From an uncultured Ignavibacteriaceae bacterium (GTDB lineage: Bacteria; Bacteroidota; Ignavibacteria; UBA10030): a stretch of DNA of 64,000 nucleotides. The notes beneath the pieces were generated by a model that was given only the letters and a program-made list of their open reading frames with translations, was not told the DNA's origin and did no database searches. Shown here in pieces: positions 61,334 to 64,000 of this stretch (positions are counted from its first letter, which is position 1; the number at the start of each line of letters is the position of its first letter). The stretch is taken from positions 689,484-753,483 of the forward strand of contig CAZHOJ010000001.1 in the NCBI GenBank assembly GCA_964534125.1. The letters run 5' to 3'. Both the position numbers and the translations under genes were made by a program.

Positions 61334-63040
61334 TTATCCTTCGAGTCCCATCAGTTCCCGCGCGCCATCCAGGCTCCGCTGCGTCACTTCCGATCCGCTG
61401 AGGAGCTTGGCCACCTCGTGGACACGCTCTTCCAACGGGAGCAGCCGGAGAGAGGTCGTCGTTCGCCCCTTCGACTCCTGCTTCTCAACGGAGAAATGAC
61501 CGTCGGCCATGCCGGCGATCTGGGGAAGATGGGTGATGGCAATGATCTGGTGGTACGACGCGAGGTTCTTCAGCATCTTCCCAACGGCCTGTGCGATGCG
61601 GCCGCTTATTCCCGTGTCGATCTCGTCGAACACGAGGAGCGGAAGGCGCTCCGATTTTGCGAGGATCGACTTCAGCGCCAGCATCACGCGGGAGATCTCC
61701 CCGCCGGATGCGATCTTCACGAGCGGCTTCGGCTCCTCTCCTGGATTCGTCGAAAGCAGGAACTCGACATCGTCCAGGCCCGTGGGGCCTGCGAATATTT
61801 CCTGTTTTCCGTGCACGACGCCGACAGCTCCGCTGCGCGAACGCAGCGGTTCGATCCGGACCAGGAATTTCCCCTGCGGGATGCCGAGCGTCGACAGGGC
61901 CTTTTCGACCCCCTGCGAGATCCTTCCGACGAGATCATTTCGCTTCGTGGATAGCCGTCGGCCTGCATCGAGAAGAGCGCCGTTTGCCTCCCGTTTCTTC
62001 TGCTCGAGGGAGGCGATCTGTTCGTCGAAATGCGTGGCGACCTCGAACTCCCGTCCGATCTCCTCCCGGTGCTTCAGGACTGCCTCCAGCGAGCCGCCAT
62101 ACTTCTTGCGGAGGAGCGACAGCCTGCCGAGGCGGTCCCGGATATGCTCAAGCCGTTCCGGATTGAACTCGATCCGGGAACTGTATGACTGCAGAAACTT
62201 CGTGAGTTCCTCGACGATGACCGTGGCAGTGACGCACTCCTCCCTCAACGGAGCGAAGGACGGATCGATCTCGGCAAGGTCCTCGAGCTGGTTGCGCGCG
62301 GCGACCAGCAGGTCATGCGCCGAACGGTCGCCGTCGTAGAGAGACTGGTGAAGGGTCGCGGTGGCCTCATACAACCGTTCGGCGTTCTCAAGGATACGTC
62401 GTTCCTGCTCGAGCCCCTCTTCCTCTCCCTCTGACGGGCCGACCTCATCGATCTCGCGTATCTGGAACTCGTACAGGTCCCGCATTCTGGCGTATTCCTG
62501 CTCCTTACGCCGAAGCGAGTCGAGTTCTGCTATCACATCCCGGAGCGCCGCGTATGCTCTTTGGTACTCCCCCCGAAGTCCCTCCAGGCGGCCAAAATCG
62601 TCGAGGAGCTCGCCATGTGTCTCGGTCCTGAGAAGCGACTGGTGCTCGTGCTGGCCGTGCAGGTCGACGAGAACATCGCCGAAGGACCTGAGGACCGCAA
62701 GCGCGACGGGCGTGTCATTGACGAAGCATCGTGATTGCCCCCTCGCGGAGACCTCCCGCCGCAGGATGAGCTCATCTCCTTCATCGAGCTCATTCTCCCG
62801 GACAAGCCCTGCAACAGCCTTGTTCCCCCTCACAGCGAACACCGCTTCCACGACGGCCTTCAAAGCGCCCTGACGGATATCCTCAACGCTGCTGCGTCCC
62901 CCGAGGATCAGGCCCATCGCATCTATGAGGATGGACTTCCCTGCGCCGGTCTCACCCGTGATGATGTTCAGGCCAGTCCCGAAGGAGATATCGATCTCGC
63001 GGATGAGCGCGAACTCACGTACGGACAGGGATTTCAGCAT
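61334..63040 (-). CDS. recN: DNA repair protein RecN
   Basis: 568 aa. N-terminal Walker A GETGAGKS, a long coiled coil, and C-terminal signature/Walker B LLVFDEIDTGISG. Confidence 0.9.
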   Translation of the reverse strand: MLKSLSVREFALIREIDISFGTGLNIITGETGAGKSILIDAMGLILGGRSSVEDIRQGALKAVVEAVFAVRGNKAVAGLVRENELDEGDELILRREVSARGQSRCFVNDTPVALAVLRSFGDVLVDLHGQHEHQSLLRTETHGELLDDFGRLEGLRGEYQRAYAALRDVIAELDSLRRKEQEYARMRDLYEFQIREIDEVGPSEGEEEGLEQERRILENAERLYEATATLHQSLYDGDRSAHDLLVAARNQLEDLAEIDPSFAPLREECVTATVIVEELTKFLQSYSSRIEFNPERLEHIRDRLGRLSLLRKKYGGSLEAVLKHREEIGREFEVATHFDEQIASLEQKKREANGALLDAGRRLSTKRNDLVGRISQGVEKALSTLGIPQGKFLVRIEPLRSRSGAVGVVHGKQEIFAGPTGLDDVEFLLSTNPGEEPKPLVKIASGGEISRVMLALKSILAKSERLPLLVFDEIDTGISGRIAQAVGKMLKNLASYHQIIAITHLPQIAGMADGHFSVEKQESKGRTTTSLRLLPLEERVHEVAKLLSGSEVTQRSLDGARELMGLEG

Positions 63041-63125
63041 AGGATTGCCGGAAATGTACCACTTTTTGGCGGAATCTCCAGAATCGGAATGCGGTGAGAA
63101 CAGACCCCCTCAGAGGTCCGGGCGG

Positions 63126-63938
63126 TCATTCGGACGGGTCGAGGAACTGGATATCAGGGACGTCGCCGAGCATACTGTAGGCGTATGCAATGCGGAAGAA
63201 CGAATCGATCGCATCGACCTGGTCGTGCGTGAGGCCATAGGAATGGCGGTCGAAGAACTCCCGGAGGGTCGCTTCGGAGACCGAGAGCGATGCGGTGAGC
63301 TGTCGTGCATAGTCCTGGAGGGATGCGGAGCCCTTCTCGAAGGCCGAAGCCAGGAGGTTGAACACGGGGATGCTCTCGACATCCTCACGGACCACCCATA
63401 GGAGCTGGACGAGCGGTGCTTCGGTGAGGTCGACCCACTCCTCATAGAGATCGAGGGCAAAATCCCCGATCGGCCGGGACCTGGGGTACGGGAACCAGTC
63501 GAGGACTGCGTCGGCCCGGTCGAACCCGATCGACGTGGTATCCGGGACAGGTACAATGGCGGGCGGGGACTGCTTGGGGCCCATTGCGGGGAACTTCTCG
63601 CGGAGCAGAAGCGTGGCAATGGCCAGGTCGTACGTCGACCGCAGGTCAGACGCCATGCTGGTGATGGCAGTGGCATCCCGACGGATCCGGAGCCGGGATG
63701 TGCCCGTCGGGCCGCTCACAGAAACGCCGATGCCCGGCAGGATGCGGAACGAGCCTCCATGCCGGGCATAGTCAAGGGGTGTGATGAGGGCAGCGTCGAA
63801 GCGCTCCTGCCCTCCGGAGAACCGGATGCCGATGTTCGCCGGCGTGTCGCGAATCACTTCACACCGGCCGTCCGATTCCAGTTCCCGGTAGAACGGGATC
63901 GCGGACAACTGGTCCGGAACAGCGACGCGGTAGACCAT
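63126..63938 (-). CDS. MqnA/MqnD-family (futalosine-pathway, PF02621-like) protein
   Basis: Start trimmed to ATG 63938 (the ORF track begins at a TTG). Pattern RVAVPDQLSAIPFY...GDFALDLYEEWVDLTEAPLVQLLWVVRED...YGLTHDQVDAIDSFF resembles MqnA-like proteins. Judged by eye only. Confidence 0.4.
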   Translation of the reverse strand: MVYRVAVPDQLSAIPFYRELESDGRCEVIRDTPANIGIRFSGGQERFDAALITPLDYARHGGSFRILPGIGVSVSGPTGTSRLRIRRDATAITSMASDLRSTYDLAIATLLLREKFPAMGPKQSPPAIVPVPDTTSIGFDRADAVLDWFPYPRSRPIGDFALDLYEEWVDLTEAPLVQLLWVVREDVESIPVFNLLASAFEKGSASLQDYARQLTASLSVSEATLREFFDRHSYGLTHDQVDAIDSFFRIAYAYSMLGDVPDIQFLDPSE

Positions 63939-63946
63939 CAAGCCTT

Positions 63947-64000
63947 AGGCTGTGGTCTTCTGGGCGACGGCCTTCGCGGCGAGATTGCGGACATAGTACA
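63947..64000 (-). CDS. 3' end of an unidentified minus-strand gene running off the window end
   Basis: Open minus-strand frame ...YYVRNLAAKAVAQKTTA* with TAA at 63949..63947. Confidence 0.25.

Overview
This is a high-GC (about 60%) chromosomal segment, most likely from an FCB-group bacterium (Bacteroidetes/Rhodothermaeota-like). The clues are T9SS C-terminal sorting domains, a SusC/SusD pair and CarboxypepD_reg-type TonB receptors. Against a classic low-GC Bacteroidetes, there are clear GGAGG Shine-Dalgarno sites, several GTG starts and frequent 4-bp ATGA/GTGA gene overlaps. I call about 60 protein genes, one tRNA-Arg(TCT), and no rRNA, CRISPR, transposase or integrase. From left to right: (1) a minus-strand operon running off the window start (T9SS FN3/CBM-like surface protein, TonB-dependent receptor, TSP3 Ca-binding protein), preceded by a sigma-54-type -24/-12 element and by an SBP-like protein / histidine kinase / NtrC-type sigma-54 activator module; (2) small secreted and hypothetical genes and two near-identical terminator hairpins; (3) a SusC/SusD locus with a lipoprotein and an upstream LytTR regulator that lacks the phospho-acceptor Asp; (4) a HEAT-repeat protein, an FtsX permease, and a tRNA-Arg with a duplicated 5' flank and heptamer array; (5) a two-gene c-type cytochrome operon, a GH5 hydrolase and a GT9 heptosyltransferase; (6) a ChlI-like AAA+ / VWA pair with non-canonical Walker motifs; (7) a HisA-like / PfkB kinase / RmlD-like reductase / NicO cluster; (8) serS, two ABC exporter halves, fbp and a DnaQ-like exonuclease; (9) a 1021-aa BNR-propeller T9SS cargo gene flanked by roughly 80-nt direct repeats, and a 125-nt tandem repeat; (10) a 2-hydroxyacid dehydrogenase and thrC; (11) an outer-membrane beta-barrel carrying an N-terminal CxxCH motif, coupled to a small PSCyt1-like cytochrome c; (12) pyk, a sirtuin and penicillin acylase; (13) an outer-membrane locus with an extremely aromatic lipoprotein that has a long Ser/Arg tail; (14) an amidohydrolase, cysS, recN and an MqnA-like gene. 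Several short intergenic repeat families (hairpin elements, CACGGAG/CTGTGG heptamer arrays) recur through the window. All homology calls come from reading motifs by eye and have not been checked against a database.
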